DNA from: Octopus bimaculoides
Taxonomy: Eukaryota
Assembly (NCBI RefSeq): GCF_001194135.2
Contig: NC_068999.1
Coordinates: 32,578,431-32,642,430 of the forward strand
Direction of reading: 5' to 3'
DNA length: 64,000 nt
In this document: positions 11,380 through 24,990 of the stretch, one piece after another
How positions within the stretch are numbered: position 1 is the first letter of the stretch
How the letters are laid out: the number at the start of each line of letters is the position of its first letter
The notes under the pieces: generated by a model
What the model saw: the letters and a program-made list of their open reading frames with translations, nothing else
Told to the model about the DNA's origin: nothing
The model's database searches: none
Position numbers and translations under genes: made by a program

Positions 11380-12552
11380 TTGAAAATCCTTTTCCAAAAT
11401 TCTAAACTCCAAAAGTTATTTGAATGTTGACATGACATGCCACAAATAGAAAATTTCAGAAAGTGATTGGTCCTGAAGTAGTTGTAGTGTCTGGGGCCGC
11501 ATTTATCTTCCAGTTTGTAAGCAGTGATCATCATGTTTTGTTTTTGTTTTTTGTACAGTAAGCCCAAAACATTATTTTTACACAAGACCTGACTTTCACT
11601 TCCGTGTATGAGTGTAAATGACGAGTGTCATTTACATCGAATTTTTCCAGTTCTACTTATATATACCTGTAATTATGTTCAATGCTTTGTTTTTATCCCT
11701 TACAAAAACTTAATACCTGTATAGTAAAAAATAGAATATAAATATCGAACATGCCCTGAAACCTTTTAATCAAAGTATTACATCACAGTTGGAGTCTGAT
11801 ATCTTATCTTTTTGAAGGTATTATGATAAAAATATTATGTTTATGTATTTGTTTTGCAAGATTCCTGATGTGAAATCATGTGTTGAAATTGTTACATTTG
11901 CAAATGGTCATATTTTACTCATTAAACACATGCACTATGGTATGTGTTTAATTGGCAAAATATGACACCCCCAAGTGTTATAATAGGTATAAAAAATTAA
12001 GAATTAGTATAAAACTATATTCAGGGTATATGTATAAGTTGTATGATGAAATGTAAATGGATATTGTGTTTAGACTCTGCCAAGTTGTCCCATTTTAGAG
12101 TTGCAAATATAAAAATATTCTAAAATTATATTTGAAAAAAAAAAAAAAAACCTTCTCCAAAATCTGCATTAATTTCACTTCCAGGAATTTCGGATAAGAG
12201 ATTCTCAACTACANNNNNNNNNNTTTTTCTTCAAGAATTTTATTGAAATGTATAGTAAAGTGTATTTTAGTTAGAAATTTTAGATGCAAAAGAGTTAAAC
12301 GCTTTTTATTTTGAAATAACATTCCAAAACTTTCAAATTGATTTCATGGCACCATCTTGAAACTGTATTTCTCTTACTTCCTGACATCATAACTATTTTC
12401 CCTTTCCCCCAAGGTCTGGCATCAACAAGTTTACAGTTTGATCCTGAAGAGAAGTTCTCTTTGGATTGGCCAGCCACCATGTCTCCATTAAACCACTCAT
12501 CTTTCTCACTACCACCAATAGTATAATTGCTTTAATGGTGTTTCTCATGTTG

Positions 12553-12981
12553 GTAAAAGACACCCTTCGGTTATGAATGACCATGGAATTGCACCTAGAA
12601 AGTTCCCCTCCAAGTCACAAGTCTGGGCAAAGTTGTTTTTATAGAAGACCAGCAGTCGCCCATGCATACCAGCCTCACTGGCAGAATTGTTAGCATGCTG
12701 GACAAAATGCTTTGCAGCATTTCGTACAATTGGGAAGGCACATGGCTCAGTAGTTAGTGTTGGGCTCATAATCATGAGGTAGTGAGTTCAATTCCTGGGC
12801 TAGGCTGTTTGTTGTGTTCTTGAGCAATGCACTTTATTTCACGTTTCCAGTTCCCTCAGCTGTAGAAATGAGTTGTGACATCACTGGTGCCAAGCTGTAT
12901 CAATCTTTCCTTTGGTTCACATCAGTGACATGGAGAGGGGAGGCTGGTATGCATGGGCGATTGCTCATCTTCCATAAACAC
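12553..12981. mobile_element. SINE-C composite: minus-strand 3' piece, SINE-B head stub, plus-strand copy
   Basis: 12633-12676 is the reverse complement of 12940-12980; SINE-B head at ~12677-12723; tRNA-like head GCACATGGCTCAGTAGTTAG at ~12738. Confidence 0.65.
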
Positions 12982-13229
12982 TGTCACGTTGGTATGGTTT
13001 GGGTATATCAGCAACATTAAATATCTCCATTCTTCTTTGACTAAACAATGGATACTGCCTCATATCAACAGTGAACCCCAATATTTTCAGGCATACCCTC
13101 ATTGCTTTCAGCAAGCCTTTTCATACTTTTCTTGATTGATGGTCATGTCTGGAATACGTCTGATCATAAGTTTGTTTGTCTATCAAGACTGGCTTGGGGG
13201 CTAAAATGTAACAGTACTCTATCACCCAA

Positions 13230-13570
13230 TAATATATCACTCCCATCTTCTCTCCACTTTCTCCCACTTTCTAGTCCCTCCCCCCACCCCCTCTCTCATA
13301 TGTTGCCTCTTTCTTCCATAACTTACTCTTCTCTTTACCCTTTCTTTGTCTCTTCTTCTGCTCTTTCCACCGTGCTCTATTCTATCTTTTCCCCATTTTT
13401 TCCCTATTTTCAGTTCGCCTCTCTCTCACTGTTTCTCCACCATGCTCTGTTCCATTCTCCTTCACCATCTCTCCACCCTGCTCTATTTCCCTCCCTCCCT
13501 TCCACCTCTCCACCCCCTCTCTCTCACCCTCTTTCAGTGCTCAACAACTGTCTTCCATTCCCCTCTGTTC
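13230..13570. repeat. Polypyrimidine (CT-rich) low-complexity tract
   Basis: Directly visible; source of the Ser/Pro/Leu-rich ORFs. Confidence 0.8.
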
Positions 13571-13780
13571 AATATTTTATGTAAATTAATTGTTACACAT
13601 TTAATGGATCCTACAGAAATCATTCTCTTTCAACCTCACTACACATCCCCCCACACGTCACTCACACTGCATCACTACCATACACTGTCACAGCTCTTCT
13701 ACCACACTTTACACATATCTAGAGAAAGAGAAAGAGCCTTAATAATAGAGAACCAATATATACGAGTGTGTGTGTGTATG

Positions 13781-13829
<49 letters not shown>

Positions 13830-13938
13830 GCAGTAGATTGTAGGTTTTACCATGATCGAATAAAGGTGGGGGTGTGGAAGAAGATCGGATAATAATCTGC
13901 CCTAGTTGTAGAATTCATTGAAATGTAAAAATACCGAA

Positions 13939-13972
<34 letters not shown>

Positions 13973-16743
13973 GCTATTTTTGTTATTGTTTATGCTGTTT
14001 TAGTTGTTATTGTAAATCAACAATGGTTTGCTCTGGTTTGTTCTTCAGTTGCTAACACATTATTTCTGATTCTTTCAAGTCTTTGTAGTTAAAAAATATT
14101 TATTTTACTATTTTTATGGTCTTTGGTCTACCTCACCCCTTTCCTCCCCCTCCCTCTCTCTCTCCCTAACTCTCTCTTTCTCTATGTAGGCATACACCAC
14201 CTTATTACAGCTGGTATTGCAATTGTTGTTGTTGTATGTCCACATTGCCTATTGGTTTAATCAATGTGTCATATACAGTTTATTGAATTGCCAATCAGAC
14301 TGTAATCTTTTATTAATATTGATTTTATATCCATAATGATGTAAAAACTAATTTAGAGCTTTAGAAAAATATAAATTCTCCACACATGCACACACACAAT
14401 CACGCATACATACATACATACATACACACACTCACTTAGTCACCATACTCTCCTATCAAACACTTCCACCGCAACTAACTCAACAAGCACTCCACCACCA
14501 TTACACTCCACTCTCTCCTCCATTGCCAACCCATTTTTTCACCTCTACCAACAACCTACCCTCTCACCAAACACTGAACAACCACCACACATGCACGCAT
14601 TTCACTGCCACTACCCCCAACCCCCATCTCCCACCACTCCATCACCACTACCCCTACAATTCCACCTCACTGTCATTCCTCCACCACAGAAGGCGAAAGA
14701 AAAACTAACCTGAGATTAAAATGGTGTTACTGCTACTACTATAACTATTTCTACAACCACTACCACCACCAGATTTGCGAATACACGATACAGTATTTGT
14801 CAAGAGCAGACATTATTAAATCATTCGTCTTTTTATGAGAGGTGTGTATGTGTGAAGAGAGGTAGTAAGATAGTGACCACAACCAAAGAGATATGTGTGT
14901 GAAGAGGTGAGGAGATAGTAACCTCCATAAAGAGATGTGCATGTGTGAGCAAAATTGAAGTGATGCTTTATAAAGTACTGGCCATCACTTGAACAAAAGT
15001 TGATGAAAACTTCTCCAAGGAATTGGTAAATTATCATGTTTGATTCTTTGTGATTATCCTGCAAGTTATCCTGTTCATTGGATTTATTGAGAGCTCCTGT
15101 ATATGAGCTATCAAAGGCACCACTGCAGTAGTGTTTCCCAACCGTTTTTCACAAATGTTTCCCTAAAAAGCATTTGGATGCATACTACTATTTCTGCGTC
15201 AAATTTTGTAATAAATTTAGTGTTTTTAATTGAATTTAAAATAAATGTAAACAATTTTATTACATATAAATGTACATTTTTATCAATGTAAACTAGAAAT
15301 AAAGTATTATTAATCATGTATTAATGTGAATAGTATAAGAATAATTAAAACAACACATACTGTTTGTTAATGTGATCCTGTGACTGATGACCATCAGCAA
15401 TTTTTGCAATATTTGGTTCCCAAATTTGATAAGTTGCTAAGTTACTCTGCTATTCATGGTCAAAATTTGATTTACTACACTAAAACCTTTTTCCACCACA
15501 TCAGAGGATCAAAAAGCATTTAAAATATCTTGACTACATTTCACAACATAGACTGTGTTGCAATCACATTTTACACAGGCTTTGATTTTCAAAAATTGTT
15601 ACTTTAGTTTGTAGATAATGTTTTTGTTCTACTATTTTGTATGCAAATAAGTTTTCTACCCAGTCAGGAATTCTTTCTTTAATCAAGTTATTAAGTCTTG
15701 CCTCAGTATCTTCCATCTATTCATTTAAAGGTCCTCAGATCATTGTCTGTAAATAATCGTGAAAGGCTTTTCATTGATGGGAACTAACAGATTGCCATCC
15801 TACCAAGGTTTCGCTTGTAAGATTCATTTTTGCTTATAAAACGTTTGACAGCATTCTTTATGTGTATTAGATTAAAATTGTTTCCTTGCATTTGCAAATT
15901 GAGGTTGTTCATCTTGCCTTAAATATCAGCTAAATAACTCAATATCTCCATAAATAAAGTCAGTGTTTCTTTTTCTTTTTATGCTAGTTTCATTGTGATT
16001 TATAAGTAAGAATTCAACTATAGTGTCATAAAGGTAAAAAAAGACGTATTTCAAACAGGCTCCTTTTGACAGCCATCAAACTTTACTGTCAAGAAATTGT
16101 TTTAAAATTTTCATTATTCTCTTCACATAACTGACAAAACAGCTTACCATTTAAGGTCCAAACTTTGGTTTTGTTCAGAGTAACTATTACTAAGGCCAGG
16201 ATTGAAGGCAGTTGCTTACCAAGCTTTTTAATCACAGGATGTTGCTATTAAATTATGCAGTGAATTGCAAATAGATCAGGCACTTCCTTTCACTTCCTGT
16301 CTCATATATGACACCAGATCAGCTTGGCGACCTGTCATTATTTGGTGCATCATCAATTGCATGATATCCTACTGCTTAAGGGTTTACATTTATCTTCAAA
16401 GTAACTGTTTAAAAGTCTGAAACTTATTTCTCTCTTTGTATCCATTTCCAATGATTTGCAGAAAAGTATTTTTCCATAATTTTTTTTTAACAAAACGCAC
16501 ATAAGCCACCAATGAAGCTTTGTTCCACCATACTGTTGATTTGTCAGGTTGTCTTCTAAATTCAGTCCTCTTAAGTTTTATACACAATTGAGTTTCAATA
16601 TCCTTATCTATTTCATCAATCCATTGAGAGCCAGAATTATTGCAGAAAGAAAACTGTTTTAAGATATGTGTATCCTGATAAAAATTTCAGAAGCTGAAAG
16701 TGTTATTAGTAAATATAAGTGACAGAAGCAGTATAAATACTGA

Positions 16744-16989
16744 GAGGTAATATTTATCTCCACTTAAATGTGGATGTTTTATTAGAACAAACTATACTGC
16801 AGTAGATACAATGAGAGAAATTCTCATATTGGCTTTTGGGGCAAAATGCACTCGTTTATATTGCTACCAATATAACCAAGAATGCATTTTGCACCAAAAA
16901 CCAATATGAGGGTTTTTCTCATGGTATCTACTGCAGTATCATTTGTTCTAACAGAACATTCATGTTTACGTGGGGATAAATATTACTTC
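16744..16989. repeat. ~245 bp palindrome (foldback/MITE-like)
   Basis: Arms GTAATATTTATC...TTATATTG and CAATATAA...GATAAATATTAC are complementary along their length; centre ~16864-16866. Confidence 0.9.
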
Positions 16990-18829
16990 CTAGTGTTGTT
17001 AATGTCTCACCAACTATCTTTAGTTTTCCACATTTAGCTATTAGTTGTGATATCTTGTATGAGGCAATATGACAGTTGTCAAGTTTTGGGGCCTCTTTCA
17101 AATGTCTCCTTCATCTTTTGTAGCTGTAAAACATCATATTGAACACTTTTCTGGGTGTTTCCTCTAAAAGTGCTCTTTTAGAGCTTAATTTAAGAAAACA
17201 ATTTTTGGAAATAAAGCCACATAGGTTATCTGAAAGATAGAGCAGCAAATCCATATTGCAGGCAGTTTACATAATATTGGTAAACCTTGGTTTTATTCTT
17301 TTTCTCTTTTTTGTTATTGGCAGAGCTACTTCAATGATTTTCATCATATATTTCTACTTATAATGATATGAAAGATCTAAAATTTAAAAGCAAAAGCTTT
17401 TTGCATTTATCAGTATCATGAAAAATAAAATATGTAATTAATAATACTTAATGTGGCAGAATTTTAATTGAAGTACACTATATAATGGGCTGTAACTTTT
17501 TTTTTATATATATATATTTTTTCTCTTTGCTCTTGATACTTTGTTTAAATGGTTGATCAAATAAGATGAGGTAACTAAGTAGCTTTAACTATTTGTACAA
17601 AAAGCAAAAAAAAAATTATTAAATACATAGTTTAAAACAATTTGTATGTTGAAAGAACAACAAAAAACAATGTATTTTAACAGAAAACGGATATTTTTAT
17701 CAGCATGTTCTTCTCTGGCAAAAATCATCAACTATCAAAATTATTCAAAATGTGCAAATGCAGGTTCTTTGTTGAAAAAAATTTCCCCTCTTTTTGTTTT
17801 TCATTCCCACCAAAATGAAAAAAAAAATGAAATTGCAGTTTTTTCTATTTTAATTGTCATTTTTTAAAAATATTCTTTTTAAGAGAAATAAAAAGGGAGT
17901 ACAAAAAAAAAAAAAACAACTCAAGCACGTTTTAATCAGCAAGAGTGAAACATCAATTTAAGTAGGCTTAAAATGAAGTTATTTTCTTCAAAAGCCTGAC
18001 AGCTGTGCTAAGGTTTTTGTAAATTCCATGGGAGAAAATTTGTGATTAAATACTTTACTTACCTTGTTTGTGATGAATTTTTGTGTGTGTGTTGTTTAGT
18101 AGCTATCTTCCACACACACAGGTGCAAAACTTGAGTGACTAACAACAAACACTCCAAATGAATTGCACCCACTAGAAGTTCAGATATAGGGTTGCTATTT
18201 GTAGAAATTCAGGTTTTAAAATGCTTGTTTCTACAGCTGGATTTTTCTGAAAATTTGTCACTTTGAGTCATATGGTGGTTTACTATCCAGTTACTGCAAG
18301 GGCTATCCACTCTTTTGAAGACCAAGTTTAATATTTTTTAGCTTGTGTTGCCAAGCTGCCTGTGATTTAATGAAACAATAATAGGCTGAAATTAATTGGG
18401 TGATGTAGCAAGTTCCCTGAAAACCTGTCAACTGATAAAGATCAAAATGACATCAGGCTAGGCTGTTGCTTGGACACACACCCTACACCAGTGCACAAAA
18501 AGATTTTTGGGTGTTAGTGCAAAGAAAGGACTCTGATTTTAACTGAAGCATATAATTTTTGAACCAAACTGCTTTAAAATACAAAAGAAGAACATTTAAT
18601 CAAATCAAACAAAAGAAAAACATTTAATCAAATCAAATTTGGTGGCATAGTTTGTTTTTCTTCCCTTATCCATACTTCAAAGATGACTGAAATGATATAC
18701 AAATTTAATCACGTTTCCCCTCAAGCTTCTAAACACTGTGCTTAATATAATATTAGTCACTGCTCTTTTCTTAACGCCAAACTCTCTTCTCCTAAGGGCC
18801 AAGAGGGTGGCAGATGGACTTCATTAATG

Positions 18830-19005
18830 AACAAGCAAGAAATAGCAACCGAAGCTCCCTCAACTTACACCTTGCTACATTTTAAAAGAAATGCCACATT
18901 TTATAACATAATACTAGCTGCACTATCTAATTAAAAGACAGGATGGTACAGTCTTTGATGATAGGTATACTCAATGTGGACTAACCTGGGGTTAAGTAGC
19001 AAAAA
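18830..19005 (+). mobile_element. SINE-D-like repeat fragment
   Basis: GAAATAGCAACCGAAGCTCCCTCAA...GACTAACCTGGGGTTAA; related pieces at ~38105-38265, ~46940-47020 and ~48060-48235 (minus). Confidence 0.55.
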
Positions 19006-19463
19006 TTACAATTCTATTGTATATCAGGTTCCATGTAAAATTATATCTATGACCAGGTCACAGAAGTGCAGAATTAAACGTTTTGACACTTCATAATATT
19101 ACAGTAGTATTAAAAAAAAAAAAAAAAAAAAGAAGTAAAAAGTGAAAATAACAGTTTTTGTGTGTCCTGAAATAACCAAAATAAATCTTACATGGTGTTG
19201 CTATTTCAGTTACAACACACACTCAGGCTAATTTAGCAAACATTTACAACTCCAAAATTTCTAGTACCACTTAATTTGATAAGACAGATTTTATGTGCTT
19301 TGAAGATTGGTAGAATTTCCACTGATATCTTCAAAGTGACAATGGTACCATCCTACACTATCTCATGTCCATTGTTGCCCTTGTGCCTGCCTTGTTTCTA
19401 GGGATAAGTCTTGAAACTTCCGCTTTATCTTCTTAATATGTATTTTAATATAAGAGACTAATA

Positions 19464-19641
19464 AGGTGGCTAACTGGCAGAATCATTAGCATGTCAAGCA
19501 AAATGCTTAGCGGCATTTCATCTGTCTTTACGTTCTGAGTTCAAATTCCACTGAGGTCAACTTTACCTTCTGCCCTTTTGCTTTCGATAAAATATGTACC
19601 ACTTGACCCCAAATTGCTAACCTTGTGCCAAAATTTGAAAC
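19464..19641 (+). mobile_element. SINE-B
   Basis: Head, GAGTTCAAATTCCACTGAGGTCAACTTT core, TGTGCCAAAATTTGAAAC end. Confidence 0.8.
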
Positions 19642-20164
19642 TAATATAATAGAGACTAGTTATGATGGGTGTTGACACACACTACTGATGGTCTTTTAGA
19701 AAGACAGGTTCTGTGATATATAAAATGCATTATAACTACTTCTATAGATTATTTATAGTTTACATAAATAAAACTGTTCTCTTCCAAATTTGCCAGTTGC
19801 CTTCAAAAGGCACACACATACATATGTGTATAATATATATATATATATATATGACTTCACCCTCACCAACAATCATTTAAGAATACACCCAAAGGTTGAA
19901 CAGAAAGAATATGATCTTGGATTGGGCAATTCCACTTGTAAATGCATCCAAACTTCTAACCAGTACACTTTGATTCATTAAGAATGACAGTTGTGTAATC
20001 TTGCTCTCTGAGCTCACCATTTTACTTGCTCTCTTTCTACACACATTTGGTTGCACTGCAACTCCTGGTTGTTATATTGTGATGTTTACTGATGATTCCG
20101 CCCCCCCCTCCCTTTTTAATTGTTTTGAGTTGTAGGACTCAGGACAGTAAAACGCATTTCCCTT

Positions 20165-20318
20165 GAATGGGATCCCAGTCCATTTCAGGATTTACTCATT
20201 TACAGCTTAGTGGACTGGAGCATTGTGAAATGAAGTATTCTGCACAGGAACACAACATACTTCCTGGTTGGGAATCGAAACCATGATCTTGGCAACTGTG
20301 AGTGTACCACCCTAGGCC
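20165..20318 (-). mobile_element. SINE-C
   Basis: ACTCATTTACAGCTTAGTGGACTGGAGCA core shared with 29480-29731 and 12738-12880. Confidence 0.65.
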
Positions 20319-21675
20319 CATTACCTTATTAATGATTACAACTGAAATGTGGGATATCAGAAAAGTTTTATTTCAAAGTTAGTAAGTCAACTGAATGAAA
20401 GATCTTTTCTCTCTGCAAAGATATCAAGCAACCATTCCAGTGCTGAAAATACTCATTCTATTTTTCAAAAAGGAACCAAATTTTGCATTTATTTTCCCTG
20501 AAAGTTGAGCATTGGAATATTGAAAGACTTGTATCTGTGGATGAATGAGTGAATTATTGAGGATATTACATCATTGGCTCAGTTAATTATCATGAATTAA
20601 AAACAAGGAGAATTCTTTGGCTAATATTTGTGGATAATCTCAATTAAGCAGTGTTTATCATTTGACAATATTACATATGTGAAACCCTACGGTGTATGTA
20701 TTTAGTGTGTGGAATGCTCTGTGGAGTATTTTCTTCTCAGCCATCTTTTTGTAAAGTATTTTATTTTGTTTTATTTTCTGAAAGAAAAAGAAAACAAAAA
20801 ATATTTTCAAAGAAATGTCACAGGTTTTGAAGGGGATGTTTTGTTTTTATATTTGTCCAAGAAATCAGATTCTTCTATTTCTTTTTATAGGTCAGTCCGT
20901 TAAGTTTGTTCTCAGAATATAATTTACGAGGTCAAACATTGATATGTGTTCATACATGCATATGCACACACACACACATGTGACTCGGCAGAGGCATGGC
21001 TGTGTGGTAAAGAGTTTACTTATCAACCATATAGTTCTGGGTTCAGTTCCACCATGCAGCACCTTGGGTTGACCAGGACCTTGTGAGTAAATCTGATTGA
21101 TGGAAATTGAAAAGAAGCCAGTTGTATATGTGTGTGTGTTTGAATTCGCATTGCATGCTAATTGTGAACAAAATTTGCTTTTTCACACAGGCTTGCTTGG
21201 AAGGTTGGTGACAATAAGAGCATCCTGCTGTAGAAATTCTACCTCAGTGAATCTTGTTTGACTGATACAAGCATGAAAAATAGATATTAAAAAGATTATA
21301 AAACACACAGTCATTCACAGACTCTATAACCCAAAGTTAAAAATAATAAATTTCCATCAGTTTTGATAACAAGTATTCATTTATTCAATTAACTGAATAT
21401 CCTGCTCATTGAGTTGGTGATTGAGTATTCCATAGACATATGTACTCTTAATGCAACTCTTGGACAGAATTGGTATAATACAATAAATGACAAAGCTATA
21501 CTTTTGAATTATATATACCATCCATTCAGCAGGCTTCCTTATTGATTCCATCTTCCTAATTTCAGTCACAAGGCTTGGGTTGACCTGAAGACATGGAAGT
21601 TGAAGTGAATATGAGAGCTCATAATTGTGAAGTTTAAATCATTTGGCTGTGTTGCATTCAGTGTGCAAATGAATT

Positions 21676-21717
<42 letters not shown>

Positions 21718-21924
21718 NNNNNNNNNNNNNNNNNNNNNNNNNNNNNNNNNNNNNNNNNNNNNNNNNNNNNNNNNNNNNNNNNNNNNNNNNNNNNNNNNNN
21801 NNNNNNNNNNNNNNNNNNNNNNNNNNNNNNNNNNNNNNNNNNNNNNNNNNNNNNNNNNNNNNNNNNNNNNNNNNNNNNNNNNNNNNNNNNNNNNNNNNNN
21901 NNNNNNNNNNNNNNNNNNNNNNNN

Positions 21925-22022
<98 letters not shown>

Positions 22023-22064
22023 CTAGCACATAGCAATATAGTATCTACATAAAGGTTAAATGGA

Positions 22065-22280
22065 CCCTTTAGCACTTAAACCAGCCATATCCAACCCAAA
22101 TATTCTGTTTTATGTTCAAACTGCCCATATCTGGTATATCACACCTACCCTGTAATGCCATTCTAAAAATAGGCAGTCACATCATGGAAATCTTGAAGCT
22201 ATGAGATAATGCATGATTAACTCAAAAGAATGTGTATAAATAAGCATTACATTTGATAGAATAATCTGAATGCTAAAGTG
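22065..22280. mobile_element. piggyBac-like MITE (216 bp)
   Basis: TIRs CCCTTTAGCACTT / AATGCTAAAGTG; TSDs decayed. Confidence 0.55.
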
Positions 22281-23933
22281 TCTTTGAAATTCTCAACCAC
22301 TTCCTTAATAATCCATGCACTGAGCAGGGAGTTCCAATGACTAAACAAATGGCATAGTCATTTATCAAAACTGATGCAACATTCACTCATCTTTAGCATT
22401 AAGTATTCTATCCCTTGATGTAATCACATTTAATAGAAACGTTTTTCAGAGCATACTATCATTTCCATTCAGGTTACTGGTTTATGCAACTGTACCTTCT
22501 ACTGAGCAGGCAAGTCTCAACAGAGCTTTGGTGACCAATTGTTGCATTTCACCTGTTTCTATGCTTAAATGCGACATGGTCATGCAAGGCTAGTGATAGG
22601 TATATAAAATATTCATGAATAAAGTAGCCTTGAGGATAGTGGTTTGTTTTAACAGTGCGGAATCTATAACCATATATAACAACTTTATGAATAGCTGGTG
22701 ACGTTTAAAGCTGTTTAGTTGGCTTAGTGCCAGTCTCATTACAATTGAAGTGTTGCTGCTTCAGATTCTGCTACCAGTTGTACATGTATTCTTGATATTT
22801 CTCATTGACTCAGTCTAGCTAACAGCAAATTGGTCCCACAGTGTGGTGCAATTACTGCTGCAAATAGTGTACAAAGTGTATTGGGGGGAAACATGTAAAT
22901 ATGCATCATCCACAAATACAATAAGTGCACTACTGTGATACGTGTATGTGTGCATGTATGTGTACATGTTGATGTATGTGTGTGCGTGTATATATATATA
23001 TATGTGATTAGCAGAAGTTACAAAGTGACTCAAGAGCTGAAAGTTTCATGTGTTAGTACTTATCAAACTAGCTTCAAATTAGGTGGGTTTTTCATTTTTA
23101 AAGACCCTATTCTATTTTCCTGCTTATATTACCAAACCCATGTTTGTGTCATTGACTGGTATAGTACATTGCTATAAATATAAACACAAACACTAGCAAT
23201 CAATACTGTAAACTGTTGTGAATATATGCATCTTTGTGTACCTGTGCTGTCAATAATGTCAAATATATTTTTCTTACTTAAACGTATTGAAAACAATAAT
23301 GAAATGAAATGAAAATATCAGCATTGTCATTGTATCATCGTAGTTATCTCTTAAATACTTTGTATCTTCAAAAATTGTCATTACTTAGTTTAGCTCCTTT
23401 TCACTTTCACTCACTAGGCATTGTACAGCTTGTGGCTGAAAGCACAATACAGTGGGATTGAACTGAAAACCGCATGCAAAGCAAACTTCTTAAGCTCTTA
23501 GCCATGCTATAAATTTTTATATACGTTTTTTTTCTGTAGTCATGGATATTCCAAATTACTTGTGTTATTATTGATCTGAATACCATTTCATATGAAATAA
23601 TCTATTTAGTTATATGTTTAGTATGTCAAATATTAGTGATACTCAAGCATTTTGAATGGATCCTCAGGAAAATTGAATCATTTTTGGAATTTTTCTAACC
23701 ATAGCTGTAGTTACATGTTCTATCTGTTATGTTGTAATATGTAAATGATCAAGGTGTAGGAAGTTAGTAAGCTTTGAGTAGTCTGTAGAAGTTATAAAAA
23801 AACAACTTTCAGGAACAGTAGTAGTTTTTTAAGGTAGAAGATTGTAGATTTTTCTCATATCAAAGTGGCAAGCGAGTTATCAACCATACAGGCAAATTAA
23901 TGAAATATATACATACAATATAAAATATGTCCT

Positions 23934-23964
<31 letters not shown>

Positions 23965-23967
<3 letters not shown>

Positions 23968-24149
23968 AAAGTAGCTTGCTTACGAACCACATGGTTCCAG
24001 GTTCAGTTCCACTGTGTGGCACCTCGGGCAAGTGTTTTCTACTATAGCTTCGGGCCAACCAAAGCCTTATGAGTGGATTTGGTAGACGGAAACTGAAAGA
24101 AGCCCGTCATATATATATGTGTGTGTGTGTGTTTATGTGTCTGTTTGTC
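23965..24149 (+). mobile_element. SINE-A, young copy running into a gap
   Basis: Well-preserved head and core with retained CpGs. Confidence 0.85.
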
Positions 24150-24575
24150 NNNNNNNNNNNNNNNNNNNNNNNNNNNNNNNNNNNNNNNNNNNNNNNNNNN
24201 NNNNNNNNNNNNNNNNNNNNNNNNNNNNNNNNNNNNNNNNNNNNNNNNNNNNNNNNNNNNNNNNNNNNNNNNNNNNNNNNNNNNNNNNNNNNNNNNNNNN
24301 NNNNNNNNNNNNNNNNNNNNNNNNNNNNNNNNNNNNNNNNNNNNNNNNNNNNNNNNNNNNNNNNNNNNNNNNNNNNNNNNNNNNNNNNNNNNNNNNNNNN
24401 NNNNNNNNNNNNNNNNNNNNNNNNNNNNNNNNNNNNNNNNNNNNNNNNNNNNNNNNNNNNNNNNNNNNNNNNNNNNNNNNNNNNNNNNNNNNNNNNNNNN
24501 NNNNNNNNNNNNNNNNNNNNNNNNNNNNNNNNNNNNNNNNNNNNNNNNNNNNNNNNNNNNNNNNNNNNNNNNNNN

Positions 24576-24990
24576 AATGCAGTACGATCATTTCATGCGA
24601 CTCCATTTATTTAAGCAATGTGAGCATTACATTAAATGTAAAATGCAGAGCAATCTTCAGCTGCACAAAGATACAGAAAATTTACTGAAATTTCATTTCA
24701 GTAGGACATATTATTGTAACTACATTTAAACAACCCAAGTGGGAAGGAAGAGCGCAAAAAAACATTTTGACTTAGCCAGACCAAACAGGCTAGTCAAAAT
24801 GTCTTTTTTGTATTCTTCCTTCCCACTTGGGTTGTTTAAATGTAGTTACAATAATGTCCTTCTACTGAAATGAAATTTCAGTAAATTTTCTGTATCTTTG
24901 TGCAGCTGAAGGTTGCTCTGCATTTCACATTTATTGTAAAGCTCACATTGCTTAAATAAATGTAGTTGCATGAAACGATCGTACTGCATT
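24576..24990. repeat. 415 bp near-perfect palindrome (foldback MITE-like)
   Basis: Arms 24576-24777 and 24788-24990, roughly 90+% complementary by eye; 10-nt loop AGACCAAACA; left end abuts a gap. Confidence 0.95.

Noticed and set aside
11460-11517. Plus-strand exon-like KVIGPEVVVVSGAAFIFQF
   Set aside because: Weak acceptor, no recognisable homology, no partner exons.
12295-12530. RWCHEINLKVLECYF resembling an R4/Dong-like LINE N-terminus
   Set aside because: A single short motif with no supporting RT or endonuclease sequence nearby.
11613-17183. Isolated perfect 9-10 bp hairpins (11613-11636, 17162-17183)
   Set aside because: A few such stems are expected by chance in 64 kb of AT-rich DNA.
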